Origin: Octopus bimaculoides
Taxonomy: Eukaryota
Assembly (NCBI RefSeq): GCF_001194135.2
Contig: NC_068983.1
Location: 14,630,705-14,694,704, forward strand
Reading direction: 5' to 3'
Length of the DNA: 64,000 bases
The position numbers and the translations under genes were made by a program. Positions 11,399 through 26,086 of the stretch are shown here, in pieces. The stretch's first letter is position 1, and the number at the start of each line of letters is the position of its first letter. Below the pieces are notes generated by a model, which was not told the DNA's origin, did not search any database, and was given only the letters and a program-made list of their open reading frames with translations.

Positions 11399-11795
11399 NN
11401 NNNNNNNNNNNNNNNNNNNNNNNNNNNNNNNNNNNNNNNNNNNNNNNNNNNNNNNNNNNNNNNNNNNNNNNNNNNNNNNNNNNNNNNNNNNNNNNNNNNN
11501 NNNNNNNNNNNNNNNNNNNNNNNNNNNNNNNNNNNNNNNNNNNNNNNNNNNNNNNNNNNNNNNNNNNNNNNNNNNNNNNNNNNNNNNNNNNNNNNNNNNN
11601 NNNNNNNNNNNNNNNNNNNNNNTATATATATATATATATGTATATCTATATGCGTGTATGCATGCGTGTGTGTATTTCTGTATGCGTTTGCCCCCTTCCT
11701 CCACTTGACAGCTGGTATTAGTTTACTTGTGTCCTCGTAACTTAGTGGTGCAGGAGCGTCACCACAGTCTAATGACTGAAACAAGTAAAAGATAA
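11192..11795 (+). mobile_element. Old SINE family A spanning an assembly gap at its internal microsatellite
   Basis: The 5' part ends GGTAGACGGAAACTGATAGGCACCC. The 3' part after the gap ends AATGACTGAAACAAGTAAAAGA. Confidence 0.7.
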
Positions 11796-12502
11796 ACGAC
11801 AAATAAAACGAAAGACAATGATGATGTACTTACGTGGAATGTAAACCTGCTAGACATAGCTGTTACAACCACTCCTGAAACACATACTGGTGTCTCATGA
11901 AAGAAAACACATCGATTGATATGATACTAGTTACATTACAATTGGGAAAAAATCCGCATAGTCATTTATGAGTCGGTTTTATCTTTTTACCTATGTCTTT
12001 CCAATAACAGATTGTATGAGAGAAAACAACAGCAACAACAAACCTACAGTAACCCAGTTATCAAATATTAAGTCTAAGCAGCTATCGTTTCTAATTCACT
12101 CTTGGTTATAACTGCGTGACACAAATATAAACTGCGTTTTCTTGCCCTATCAAATCCAAGATGAGCAACTCTGGCCCGTCGTCAGACATTCGTGCCTGGG
12201 ATGCTTCAGGATATTCTGGGTAGGCACTAATTTGTATTACAGGAAAATTTTTGTAAACTGCATTTTCTAAATCTGTGGGTGCACCATTGAACTGTGAAGA
12301 AGCATGCCGTCCAGTGCACTCCCTTAGCAACGGTCATGTTAGTCAGGCTTCATGGAATGTATTGCAAGAAGGTTTTTATAAACTCTATTTCCAAAATTTG
12401 AGGGCGCATTATTGACAGTTCAGTGCCACTCAGTACCCCACACGTTAGAGACTTATTTGACCTCACTTCAGAAACCCATTATCAATCAATCTGTCTAAAA
12501 AT

Positions 12503-12664
12503 GTTGCTGTGTCGATGCCCCCAGGCGAAGAAGTAGGATCTCCCAAGACAGAGGTAGTCTGGTCGTGTTAGGAGAGTTGATTAGCAGTCGAGTAGCAGTT
12601 GTGTAGAGGTTGAGTAGAGATCATCCGAAGGTGCTAGATAGCAGTAGCGTTGAGATATAACAAT
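12503..12664 (-). repeat. Unclassified interspersed repeat, homologous to 26087-26262 (+)
   Basis: Shared CTACTGCTATCTAGCACCTTCGGATGATCTCTACTCAACC, CAGACTACCTCT and CCTACTTCTTCGC(C/T)TGGG.GCATCGA. Confidence 0.85.
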
Positions 12665-13745
12665 GGTGACAAGGATGAGATGCTCATACAGCCACTGGTA
12701 GTATTTGAGACATAACAAATTTTCATTAATTTTGGGCCACAATCTAGATCTTCATTATTTCTAAAACTGCCTTTATTATTAGTGCTGTTTCTAAGTACAA
12801 AGTCAATCTTAATGAAATACAGCTACGACGAAACGCATTCCAGTTTTAGTGAAGCCATATCGTTTCATACATGCTATACTGTGGGTTACATTGTCCAATT
12901 TGACATTCCAGTTCCAATAGGCAACTCTACCACGTGAGGTTGATGTATATGTTTTGGATGCTATTCTCTTAGAAGTCAGGCAATAAAGTAGAGGCTCCTT
13001 CGTCGGCTCGTTGTAGTAGTTACTTTTGATTACGTAACTCTCCATAGTTGAAACCGAAGAGAAAGCGAACTAACTGTACTTAACATTGCTATTTTTGACT
13101 GTTGGTTGAAGAGAAAAAAACCCCATCTTATATCAATATCAGACTAACTATAAATAAGTACATCTCATTGTGTCTCATTCACAATTATCTCTTTTTATGT
13201 ATGAATTTTTCAAGCTTTCACGAAGTAATCTATCGTGTTGTCTATACTAGATGTGTAAATATAGATATCGATAAAACGGTTGGTCCTTTTATATAAACAC
13301 CTATACAAGTACATATGCGTGCCCACGTGTGTGTGTATTTACATACACCTACAAATACGTGAGTATATACTCATAGACACTACACATATATATGTAGTAT
13401 ATATAGATATATATTTAAATACATATATGGTATATATGTATGCATATGTATGCTGGCATGAATATATATATGTGTGTGTGTGTGTGCATGTGTGTGTGTG
13501 TGTGTGTGTATGTATGTGTGTGTATGTGTGTGTGTGTGTGTGTGTTTGTATGTTTCAAATGCTACTTATAACTGAGTTGACGTCATCATATGTATGCATA
13601 CATACCAATGCACATACCTATATACACAAACACACGTGCATATATGTGTATATATAAACATATGTGCATATGTGCGTGTACATATACATATATATATATA
13701 TGTGTATATATGTATATATATATGTATAGATAAATAAATAAATAA

Positions 13746-13783
<38 letters not shown>

Positions 13784-14401
13784 GTATTATGTATATGTAT
13801 TAGACTTATATATACATATATCTATATATGTCTATATTATCAATGGAAAGATAATATAGTCTAAACATAATGTGATCAGAAATATAACACGAAAAGGAAG
13901 ACAAATTGAATGCAAACAAACTATAAGATTAGAGGAACTCAAAGCATAAACGATCGTAGTTAAACAAATAATTCACTGCAAGTGAACAAAACAAAATGGT
14001 GATTTAATTACAGCACAAACAATTTCTTACGTATTATTCAATGCCACACAAAAATAACCATCCCAACAGACAAACGGCAAACATTAAATATATAGCAGGA
14101 TATAAATAAAGACACTGTTAAGGGTACTCACCCTCATTTTCTCTATCACGCTCTCTCAGATGTTTAATTTTGCACACACACACACATACATACACATACA
14201 TTCCCTCTCATATATATACATATGTGTGTATATATGAATGTATATATGTGTATACATGTACGTGTATATTTAATTATACATTCATATACATATAATTTTG
14301 GATATAGATATATGTGCATATATATGTATATATATATATATCTATATATATAATTATATGTGGGTCTGTGTATGTGCATGTGTCTGCATGCGTGTGCATG
14401 T

Positions 14402-14434
<33 letters not shown>

Positions 14435-14565
14435 AATACATACACACACTAAGCGATCGATATGTCTGCGATTTATTTTTAAATTAAACTTAGATGTAGG
14501 TGGTGGTCAGATGTAGATGATGATGATAACAACAAAACAACACCAATAACTATAATGATGATCAT

Positions 14566-14571
<6 letters not shown>

Positions 14572-14644
<73 letters not shown>

Positions 14645-14672
14645 TTAACAATGATAATAATATTAATAATAA
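14572..14672 (+). repeat. (TAA)n microsatellite
   Basis: More than 20 perfect units with degenerate edges. Confidence 0.98.
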
Positions 14673-15223
14673 TAATGAATGTGTCTAGCATTACATCTGT
14701 TATCACTACTAGAGAGATATACGGCCATTTCTCTAAGGACATTATTAAATAATTTATGAGGATAGACATACGCACTTTCTTGAAAATAGCAATACCTGCC
14801 AACATTTTAATGTCATTTTCATGCAATGTTTCCTCACCCTGATTGTCATCATTAACCTTAAATATATTTCAATTTCCCTGAATATTTTCGTTAATCTTGT
14901 AATTTTTTCAGTAACAGTATGATTTTATTCTGTAGCTGCGTCCTTACGGGATGCAGGAAAGCCTGGAATTGTTTGTGCCACAGCAATAAAGGTATGTTCG
15001 TAGTGAGCTATACTACCACCAACATGTATTGTGAGCCTTCGTCAAGGAACTCGTCTGGAATTTTTAGACGGATTTACTTGGATACTGGTAGTATTCTGCA
15101 ACTGTATTCATTTATTCCGCGTTAACGCAAAAACCTCCACCTGATCGATTGATCAGCTAAAACCAACAGCCACATCTCCCTCAAACTGCACTACACCATC
15201 TTGAAAGTAGGACACATGCATAA

Positions 15224-15256
<33 letters not shown>

Positions 15257-15692
15257 CTTTAGAGAGACTTAGAAATATTAATAACTCTATATATATATAT
15301 GCTTTCATAAAAACGTATAGGTAAGTGGATAGTTGGTGTTAAAGAGTAATTATAAGTTTCACATAATCACTGTTCGTACATACACATACATTCATACGCA
15401 TAGCCATACGCACACACACAATCGCCTACAAAAATATACACCCCACGCACGCGCTCACACTCGTGTATATGATATAGTTAAATGTATAGTTGTATGACCA
15501 TGAAATATTTTGCCAGTGCTGGAAACTATACATAAATATGTCAATCCTTTAATAATTGCATGCATGGACAAACATACGTACACAGAAATATACAATATAA
15601 CTGTGCATCAAACATCGACTGAATGAACGCATTGATATATATTATATAAATACACACACATATGTATGTATGTAGGTAGATAGGTAGGTAGG

Positions 15693-15725
<33 letters not shown>

Positions 15726-16679
15726 TATATATACTCATACATACTGAAATACTCTCACATACACAGATAAATATATGCACACATACATATGTGTTTGCGT
15801 ATGTGTGTGTACATAGAGTGAAAAAGAGATGAAGAAAAGAGCACACAACAGAAAGAAAGGGCGAGAGAATGTGAGAGAGGTGCATGTGCGTGTAGACATC
15901 TGTTTTACATGAGTGTTTCTCAAAAAGAATTATAACATTGTCTTTATAGAGATAAGCTGATAAAATATTAACTAATCCTTTTTGTTATATGACTGCTTGC
16001 TTCTGTTTCTGTTTCTTACACTATTTTTTTTCAAAATATTTATCTTATTTCTCTGTATGTTTCTTGCAATTCTTTCCTTCTGCCATTCACATTGTGTCTC
16101 GTTCGTTTTGAATGTTTCAAAGATGATCTCCGTGTAATAGCAATCAGCTTATTTGATGCCCCATCAAGCAAGTACTATTTCAAGAGATTCAAAATAATCT
16201 CCAGTAAATACTATATTTAAGAATACGACCTAGAGTGAACCAGATTTTATTTCTATTTTGAATCTCATCAGATTTTAATAACTACCGTAGATTTTTTTTC
16301 TTTCGTTATTGCATGTAAAGTTTAAACATAAAAGTTTCGTGCTTGTTTTTTTTTTATTGTTATTACTTTTCTATAATTCTATTTATTCTAATCTTAAGCT
16401 AACAATGCTGATGTGCATAAATGTGTCTCCGTTGTTAAATCTACAAACATCTGTGGATTTCAGTTCTTTAGATCGTCAACAAAGAAATGATATTAAAACT
16501 GAAATTTAAGAGTAATGTACCAACCAGCTAGACAGCCTACTTGCAAAATACCAATTTATCTAAAATAGGTTGTGGTGAATTCTTTAAATTCATTTTATTT
16601 CCTGTGCTTTTAATCTTTAGCATAATTGCCATAAAATACGCTTAACATCTACAGAGGAAAAGCGAAGATAAATGGAAAA

Positions 16680-16721
16680 CAGAGAGAGAAATTTCGAGTA
16701 ACCATAAAAGAAGAGAAGAGA

Positions 16722-16777
<56 letters not shown>

Positions 16778-16845
16778 GAGGGACAGGAGGAAAGGGAAAA
16801 AGAAAGAAAGGTAGAGAGGAAGAAAGAGAAGGAATAAAGTTCATC
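16680..16845 (+). repeat. (GA)n and purine-rich tract
   Basis: Perfect (GA)n core with GGA/GAAA flanks. Confidence 0.95.
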
Positions 16846-18859
16846 TTTAAAGGAATGAAGGAAATAATGATTTACTTATAACGAAATAGCCTATATTACC
16901 CTCCACGATAAAGAAAACATGCGACTCTACATTAAGAACCACGTTCAATTGCTTTTGATTGGTTGTTCGAGAACGTCGTTGTCGATAGAATACACGGAGG
17001 TATATTAAAACAAATAGTTTTGGCAGAGAAAGATTGAAAGAAACGGTTTTGACTGCACCTATATGTAATTTAAACGATGGTATCAGAATGAAAAGCTTTC
17101 AACGAAATAAAGGCTTTCAGTGTGTTCTCTTTCCTATTAAATTCTCTTCAATATTAATTATCTGGGAACAATCAAACGGGTTGCCATTGGCACGTGTTTA
17201 TATAACATTTAGAACTTTAATAATTACCATTACTTTATATGCGGACGTCACCATAAAAACTCTAGCAAGAAATCACTGTGCCATGTTCGCGATGGTAGGC
17301 ATGCAATCAGGTAAAGAATTTATATATACTATTCTGTCCATCGAGAAAGGTAATAGAGAGTTCAAACGTGCTTAATGTACTCTCTGTCTCTCTCTCTTCC
17401 TCTCTCTCTCTCACACACACACTCGTATACATAGAGATATATTGCAAGGAATTAGAGAGATACAACATCAACATAACCATTTATTGTGATATGTGTGTGT
17501 ATACTCATACATATATTGACGTGTTTTTCCGTATGTGCGTATATTCACAAAGATTTATACTTAATGATGTGTTTTAAAACGCACAATATAATCTCACAAG
17601 AATTAGGGCTCAATATCCATATCACCTTAAAACCCTATATTCCTATATTTCACATTTAGCAAAGAATAATGGATAATGCTGCATGTATTTGGAGTTAGGC
17701 TATAAAGTTGGAAAAGGGATTCATAAAATTGAAATAATGATAGGAAACACACTATTGATATTTCGAAACTTTTATTATGGTCGATTCAATATTCTTATAA
17801 AATTCCATAATTTTCTATCTATAAAATTATATATTTACAAAACTATCTCGTCAGATAAAGTCATCGAACTACATATAATGACAGGTCGAAAATGTTGCTC
17901 TTACATATCAGGGAATCATTCTCAACCCGAAATGAAACTGACGATAGAAATATAATAAAACAAAGAATAATAGACGTTCAGAAGCAAATAACCAATACAG
18001 AGTATAAAATATATAAGAGAAATAATAATATAGAAGAAAAAAAGAAATAGAAATTAAAAATGGAAAATTTTATATATACTCCTCTGACCATCAAGAAAAG
18101 GAATAGGAGAGTTCAAACATGCTTAATGTACAAGCAGTGTTTTCGAAGAGGAGATCTAAAATACATAAATAAACAAACAAATAGGTCAAGTTAACATAAC
18201 AGGATATATAGAGGTATCAGATTAAGAATACATCAAAAGCGTAAATGCATTAAAAATACATTAGCAGTAAGTTGAAGATTATTGAAGAAGTTTGAGTAGA
18301 CTATGCAGCACCATAAATCTAGTTATTATGAAGGCTTAACACACCTAGTGACCTTCAGATATATAATTTACTGTGTTACACAGGCATACATATACGAATA
18401 ACACACACAGAAATAAGCATAGACGCTCACTGTTGCACATTTAAACCAATATACACACCCATATCTATACACATAGTCAGGTTACTCAATGAACTCACGT
18501 ATAGACGCAATACAACTGACTCTGTACCTACAATAAGACACGCAAAGCGTTATACATTTATATAGCCCAATACATAAAATATATCAAATATATCAATAAA
18601 CTAGTAAACAAATATATACAGTTATATAAACGGATTCAGTTATATAGAGATGACTCTAATAAAGCGAAACTTAATCGATACAATAACAGTTATCCAAACT
18701 AGCATAGCTATATCGATCAAGTACACCAACCACTTACTAAATAAAAGACACTACAGCACTACAATAAAATCATAATAATATGAAATACAATGAATTACGT
18801 GGTAGATGATATCATTATCTGTACGTAAGTACACGTCGTGCATGACCTCGGTACTGTAC

Positions 18860-19030
18860 TGAAGATCGCAAGATTGTGGCTTCGCTTCCCGGAACGGACA
18901 ATGGGTTGTGATCTCTCTTGAGCAAAGCACTTCCTCTCGCGTTGCGCTGTTACTCAAATCAAAATTTAACGTGTGGCACACTGTGCACATCTACAGGCAA
19001 TGTTATTTGAGGGACAGAGAGATCATGTAC
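18860..19030 (+). mobile_element. Old SINE family C remnant
   Basis: GTTGTGATCTCTCTTGAGCAAAGCACTTCCTCTCGCGTTGC resembles the core of the 37790-38115 element. Confidence 0.45.
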
Positions 19031-19273
19031 AGTACAAATGTTTGGTTACTACAATCAAACCACTTTTTAAGGTTATTCAGCAAGAAACTACGGAAACCTC
19101 ATCTACCATCTAAGACAAGAGAGTCCACAACGACGGAAGTAATTATGTTAATAACATAACTAAATGCAGATAGGATAGAAAATAATGCTCATAGCAACCT
19201 GAATAGATAATACTACTAATAACCCAGACCAACCTGGGAGACACGAGGAACACTGAGTTGGGGTTACACTGTA

Positions 19274-19946
19274 CGAGGTGGTTATCGAAAAGTTCCCGGA
19301 CTAGTTCTGTTGCAGCACACAATTGCGTGCACAGTGAGAGCTTGCAGTGACCTTCATGAGACACTGTGCCGAGTGACATCGCTGTGTTTGCTTCGCAGGT
19401 TGTGAAATTTCTGTTTTTGTGATCACGTGTATGCTATAGTCTGCGATTTTGTCATAGAAAGGAAGTTGGAAAAAAAAGCGGAGTGGAGTATTGTGTTAAA
19501 CTTGGGATGTCTGCTACAGAGACATTGCGAAAGCAACTGAACCGGTGGGGCACGAAAAACTGAATCCTTCACGATGACAATGTGCCGTCACTGAGCTCTA
19601 CTCACTCGTAAGTTTCTCGCCAAAAACATGGTATCACCTCCTAACCAGCCCTGTTCGCCAGATTTAGTACCTGTGGACTGCCATCTCTTCTCCAAGATGA
19701 AAATGCAGGTTAAAATTCGCCGTTTCAGCATCTTTGTCGAGATCTAGAGCGAATCACAGAAGGACTTCGTCTCACTTACCGAAAAGGACACCCAGGCCAG
19801 ATTCCAAAAGCAGAAGGAATACCGAGAAAAGTATATTGCTGCGCAAGTTGATTATTTCAAAGGAGGTGATGTTAAAACTGAGGTAAAGAAGTTAATTTTT
19901 TCTTTATTAAACATAATTATTCCGGGGACTTTTTGATACCATCTCG
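19274..19946 (+). mobile_element. Non-autonomous mariner derivative (673 bp) with TIRs and TA target site
   Basis: TA|CGAGGTGGTTATCGAAAAGTTCCCGGA ... TCCGGGGACTTTTTGATACCATCTCG|TA. Internal remnants include CVKLGMSATETL, ILHDDNVP (HDNA) and CSPDLVPVD (YSPDLAPxD). Confidence 0.92.
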
Positions 19947-21324
19947 TACATATTTCCACCAAATAAATTCATAGGTGGGAACTACATGACTCAAAAAGGT
20001 ATTTAAAATAATATTTAACAGTGTTTGTGTTATAGCCTATTGGTTATAGGTCCCTTTACAGTACTTCATCTTCTTCCTACATGATTTAGTACAAGACAAT
20101 CTTCTTATGATGCCTGCTATTAAAATGAGCAAAAGAGAAAAGAAGGAGAGAAAAAGGTTAGGAAGTAGATGTGTTTTAACTTATACGTATTCCCCCAACA
20201 CCGTTTATGTGAGTTACGGGGTATGAAGCGTACGTTGATTCACGCTACTGCAAAAATAGTTTTTAAATACCGATTTATATCTGCGTTTACAATTAATTAT
20301 TAATTCACTTTATGGTCGCATGACTATTTCTGACAAGCCAACCTGCTCTCAACCTATTCACAGACTTTAAATCAACTGAAGACCTCGTTAGGACCTGAGA
20401 ACATTGTCTAGGCCTGAATGGAGCGACAGAATTCAGATCTGACCGATGCCCTCCAGGGCTTTTTGAGTCCACCGATTTGCCCCAGTTGATGTTACACTCT
20501 TGGTATTCGTTGTACAGTCATAGTATATGTTCAGTATTGTGTCGGCTGTTTCCCTGTCCAACGTGTCACAAACGATGAGTGAGACATCATTCGTGTATAC
20601 GGGTAAGGTTCTCTTGTGACCCGCTCCGAGTGATATGATTTTCAATGTCTTCATCCTACGCAACAGTTCAGAACCAAAACATAGAGAAGAGGAACACACG
20701 GGCATCCTTAACAGACGAAAAGTTCGAAACCAAAGGATACTGAAAGGTAATCATTCAGTCTGACCGCCAAAGGGATCCTGCTGTATATTGTAGCGCCCCG
20801 GCTTCTGAAGGTGGGTGTGAAACCAACTACTTTTCGGACAGCTGACTAGTATCGAGGTCTATCCTGTCGGGAGTTTTGGACTGATTCAAACTGACCAGCA
20901 CATCGATAAAGCCAGACCTTTTCCCGACCTGTTTTATGGTGTATCGCCATGAGATTAATGTTGTTATGTTTAGATATTCCGTGAATAACATGTTTGTGTG
21001 TCTCTGAATGGTCGTATTTAGATAGCCTGAGATTAGCCTGTGTAGACTATTGGTATATTCAGATACATCAGAATGAAATCTTTCTTTGCCATGACGTTTA
21101 AATAGTAAATACTATGTAGAGTGTGTCTCTATTTCTATTGTACTCCCATTCACAGCTTGTCATAATCCTCTCCGGGGAATATCGTTATTCCTTCGCACAG
21201 ATCCATGTTTTAATTTAAGAAAAAAATTATAATTTTGCGAATATAAAAGGAAAAGCAAACAATTATCCTGAAGGAGGAACCATATTTTTATATGATGATG
21301 ATGATCATGATGATGATGATGATG

Positions 21325-21326
<2 letters not shown>

Positions 21327-21390
<64 letters not shown>
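21327..21390 (+). repeat. (TAA)n microsatellite preceded by (GAT)n
   Basis: Read directly from the sequence. Confidence 0.98.
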
Positions 21391-21391
<1 letters not shown>

Positions 21392-21732
21392 AGGAGATGT
21401 AGTGCAACGGCCGGCTGAGTTACAAATTCCGTAGATCAGGATTTACAATGTTCAGGTATACAGTGCAAGCATAAACAACGGAATGCAAGACGGGCAAAAT
21501 CTGGTCTCAAATAGTTGTTTGAGCATCAACATATCTGCGTATCAGCCGAGGCGGTGGCTTATAAAGAAATTTATAACAGAGGTAAAGATATCTAGGCACG
21601 TACATATATCTTCAAATCCACAAATCTACAGATCCTATCTCAATAGATATATCTCTTTAGGATTGTTTCTGTTAGTTATTTTTAGTTCATTGCATAGATA
21701 ACACTAGAGCAATGTCTTTATGATTTTATTTC

Positions 21733-21868
21733 TTGCTTCCCAACCACATGGTTACGGGTTCAGGCCCACTGCGTGGCACCTTGGGCAAGTGTCTTCTACT
21801 ATAGCCTCGGGCCGACCAAAGCCTTGTAAGTGGATTTGGTGGACGGAAACTGAAAGAAGCCCGTTGTA

Positions 21869-21908
<40 letters not shown>

Positions 21909-22132
21909 TATATGTATGTGTGTGTGTGTATATGTTTGTGTGTTTGTACCCTCAACATCGCTTGACAACCGATGCTGGTGTGTTTACGACCCCGTAACCT
22001 GGCGGTTCGGCAAAAGAAATCGATAGAATAAGTACTAGGCTTACAAAGAATAAGTCCTGGTGTCTATTTGCTCGACTAAAGGCGGTGCTCCAGCATGGCC
22101 GCAGTCAAATGACTGAAACAAGTAAAAGAGTA
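21733..22132 (+). mobile_element. SINE family A, young and nearly complete
   Basis: GGTTCAGGCCC B-box-like motif, CACCTTGGGCAAGTGTCTTCT, internal (TA)n/(TG)n, tail GACTGAAACAAGTAAAAGAGTA. Confidence 0.88.
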
Positions 22133-23487
22133 CCTTTAGACCTGTTAATCTATTTCGTGTGTTAAGCACATATTAAATCTCTGTTTAAACCTTTTATTCC
22201 TGTTATTGAAGTGATTTCTTTTAGTGTTTTTCCAGATAGATTATGTAAGTTTCCTACACTAGACTCACTGATTAATGCAACATATATGTTAACAAATCTG
22301 CGGAAAGTATTTCTTTAATGTCGATTGTAATATAACGTGTTTGTTACTTAGTAATATTTGTTACTTATATTTTCATTTAGTAGTCCTTAATCCATAAATT
22401 TAGTTATAATATCTTGTATATCCATTTTATTTTATTGTATTTATTAAGCTCTAGTCTAATGTTTGTTTTATCGCTTAATTTCAATCACCATAAAGTTTAT
22501 TTTTTGCAGTTTCCTCCTGCATTCACGCAGACTAATATTTGATAACATTGTTTTGGGAAATTATGTATTTATATGATGTGGACTCGGTGCGCGCGTGTGT
22601 GTGTTTTGTCTTGGTCACGTGTACTTCATTGGATTGAATGATAATGCTAGATGTCGAAACCATAATGAACTCCGATACAGCAGCTGCTGACGCGTTGTGT
22701 ATCTATGTCCGTTTGGATTAATTTCTTTTTGTTGTATATATATGTGTATATATAGCTGTTTCTACGTTCCCCATTTGCTTTGGTTTGGACTACTAAATAA
22801 GTATATACAAATAAATAGAATCTGATTTCATATTCTAGTTCTAATAATTTCTTTGTAATGCCATCACGTAAAATATATTAAATCTCACATAATATTATTT
22901 CTCGTTTCCAATAAATATGACGTCTTATGCCTTATAATGCAATTTCTTTCCATAAAGATATAAATATATTCTCCTTCTAGGGAATGGCGGTGTAGGTTAG
23001 TGGTAAACTCCCAGTACAACGGGTTTGGCAGGGCTTGAATTTTATAACGTTGAAACAGCTCCCTCCCCACCAAAAAAAAAAAACCCCCCAAAATATGGAA
23101 CCTGTTTGTTCTATAGAAAAATCAATTATTAATTAATCAACTTTCGATGCAAATTTGGTTTGCTGTACATTTCTCAGCGGCTACGTAATGTTAAAGTTTT
23201 CTATTATATTTCTTTAATCAAAGTTATTGGACTGCCTTTGTACACTGTAAACGCAGTAATGTTTTGTTTTTGTTTATTTTTTTTTTCTGTGGTTTTTGTG
23301 TTCTGTTTTTATTCACATCAAAATTGATTACTGAAAATAACGATTTTGGTTTTAAAAACATCATAAACCAACAATGCATATATATATATATATATATGTG
23401 CGTATATGTATGCGTATGTATATGTATATATATGTACGTAAGCATAGCATCTGTATGCGTGCTGTATGTATGCATGCATATATATGC

Positions 23488-23544
<57 letters not shown>

Positions 23545-23728
23545 NNNNNNNNNNNNNNNNNNNNNNNNNNNNNNNNNNNNNNNNNNNNNNNNNNNNNNNN
23601 NNNNNNNNNNNNNNNNNNNNNNNNNNNNNNNNNNNNNNNNNNNNNNNNNNNNNNNNNNNNNNNNNNNNNNNNNNNNNNNNNNNNNNNNNNNNNNNNNNNN
23701 NNNNNNNNNTATGCATGCATATATATGC

Positions 23729-23774
<46 letters not shown>

Positions 23775-24107
23775 GTTTCGGAAAAGAGAGGAAGACAGAG
23801 CATAATCCTAATGAAAATTCAATCCTTAGAAAGAAATCAAATACTTAGCTAACAGTTTACAACCAAGCCCAAGCTGATAGAAGTCAGAATATAATATACA
23901 CAAAGAAGCAAAACAAAAGAAACCACAACATAGGAAAATAATAATAATAATAACATAAAATAAAGATAATACATCAAACTGAAAGACTTAAAAATAGTAC
24001 TTGATAAAATCAATAGCATAATTAGAGGAAAGAGGGATGTAGATGATAGGTGAGAGATAATAACATTAATTTGACTGTATTCCGAAATAGTTATCTCGAA
24101 AGCCTTC

Positions 24108-24140
<33 letters not shown>

Positions 24141-26086
24141 CATGATTAGTAGCGAATATAAAAAGAAATTTGACGTCGATAAGTAAATATTTTGGTAGTC
24201 GATCTTTGAAAGTAACTGATTCATATCAATGTGTGTTCCATACGAGTGGGCGGAGATGGCGTTGGCGGCGGAGGATGTGAATATATAATTAGAAATATGG
24301 GAAGGTCATATAGAAGGGTTAGGAAACGCTTTCAGAAATCCACGATTGATGTGTCAAGAAAGAATTCTAATCAGAATTTCTGCAAGCGCCAGTATTAAGA
24401 TTGATCACCGCAGCATCTGGTTATTTTCAGCTTTTAGAGTGACTTTATAACAAAATTTAGTTTAGTTAATTTGTTTATTTTGTTACTGTATTTTCTTTTT
24501 ATTTTGTATAGTAAATTAGAAATTTACTATCGCACTGTTAACCGTACACTTGTGCATACAAAGCACATGGATTTGAATGTCTGTCTGTCTGTCTGCCTGT
24601 CTGCCTGTCTGTCTGTCTGTCTGTCTGTGTACCTATCCATACGCGCATATACACATATTTAAATAAATCTATGTGTACCTCCTATTCTCTCTCTTTTTCT
24701 CATATATGTATATATGTGTGTGCGTGTGCGAGAGAGAAAGAAAGTGTTTGTAANNNNNNNNNNNNNNNNNNNNNNNNNNNNNNNNNNNNNNNNNNNNNNN
24801 NNNNNNNNNNNNNNNNNNNNNNNNNNNNNNNNNNNNNNNNNNNNNNNNNNNNNNNNNNNNNNNNNNNNNNNNNNNNNNNNNNNNNNNNNNNNNNNNNNNN
24901 NNNNNNNNNNNNNNNNNNNNNNNNNNNNNNNNNNNNNNNNNNNNNNNNNNNNNNNNNNNNNNNNNNNNNNNNNNNNNNNNNNNNNNNNNNNNNNNNNNNN
25001 NNNNNNNNNNNNNNNNNNNNNNNNNNNNNNNNNNNNNNNNNNNNNNNNNNNNNNNNNNNNNNNNNNNNNNNNNNNNNNNNNNNNNNNNNNNNNNNNNNNN
25101 NNNNNNNNNNNNNNNNNNNNNNNNNNNNNNNNNNNNNNNNNNNNNNNNNNNNNNNNNNNNNNNNNNNNNNNNNNNNNNNNNNNNNNNNNNNNNNNNNNNN
25201 NNNNNNNNNNNNNNNNNNNNNNNNNNNNNNNNNNNNNNNNNNNNNNNNNNNNNNNNNNNNNNNNNNNNNNNNNNNNNNNNNNNNNNNNNNNNNNNNNNNN
25301 NNNNNNNNNNNNNNNNNNNNNNNNNNNNNNNNNNNNNNNNNNNNNNNNNNNNNNNNNNNNNNNNNNNNNNNNNNNNNNNNNNNNNNNNNNNNNNNNNNNN
25401 NNNNNNNNNNNNNNNNNNNNNNNNNNNNNNNNNNNNNNNNNNNNNNNNNNNNNNNNNNNNNNNNNNNNNNNNNNNNNNNNNNNNNNNNNNNNNNNNNNNN
25501 NNNNNNNNNNNNNNNNTTCAGAAATATTATCTGCAATCTCAGGGGATTGAGGTACATTTTAAAAAATAAGCTGTAATTAGCAGAACCATATGCACGCGCA
25601 CCAATGGCGGTGGGCAACTCTGTATACGATTCTGATGATTACGGTTCATTACAAATCAGGCTGATGATGAATAGACAAATGGTAAGAATTTGTTAAATCC
25701 GAAACTAGTTCCTGTTATAAATGCTTTTTTAGGTGATTTTAAATGTCTTGCCAGCTCACGTTTTTGGTATGCTGCTATATTTCATGTTGAGAACAATTTA
25801 GGTCTTAATAGACACAAGATGTGATCTATTTCTAGCGCATTAATTGTCCACGTTAGTGGTCGACGTTATTTTTTAAAATGTACATTAATCGATATTAATT
25901 ATATATATATATATATATATAGACACATATATGCTTTCTTTACTTGTATCATTCACAGGACTGCAGTCATGCTGGGGCACCCCCTTGATTTAATTTAAAT
26001 CTGGTACTTATTCCATCGTTCTGTTTTAAACAAATTAACAGCGATTGTGAAATGACAGCAGGTTGGGTAGGAAAACAAGCACAAAC

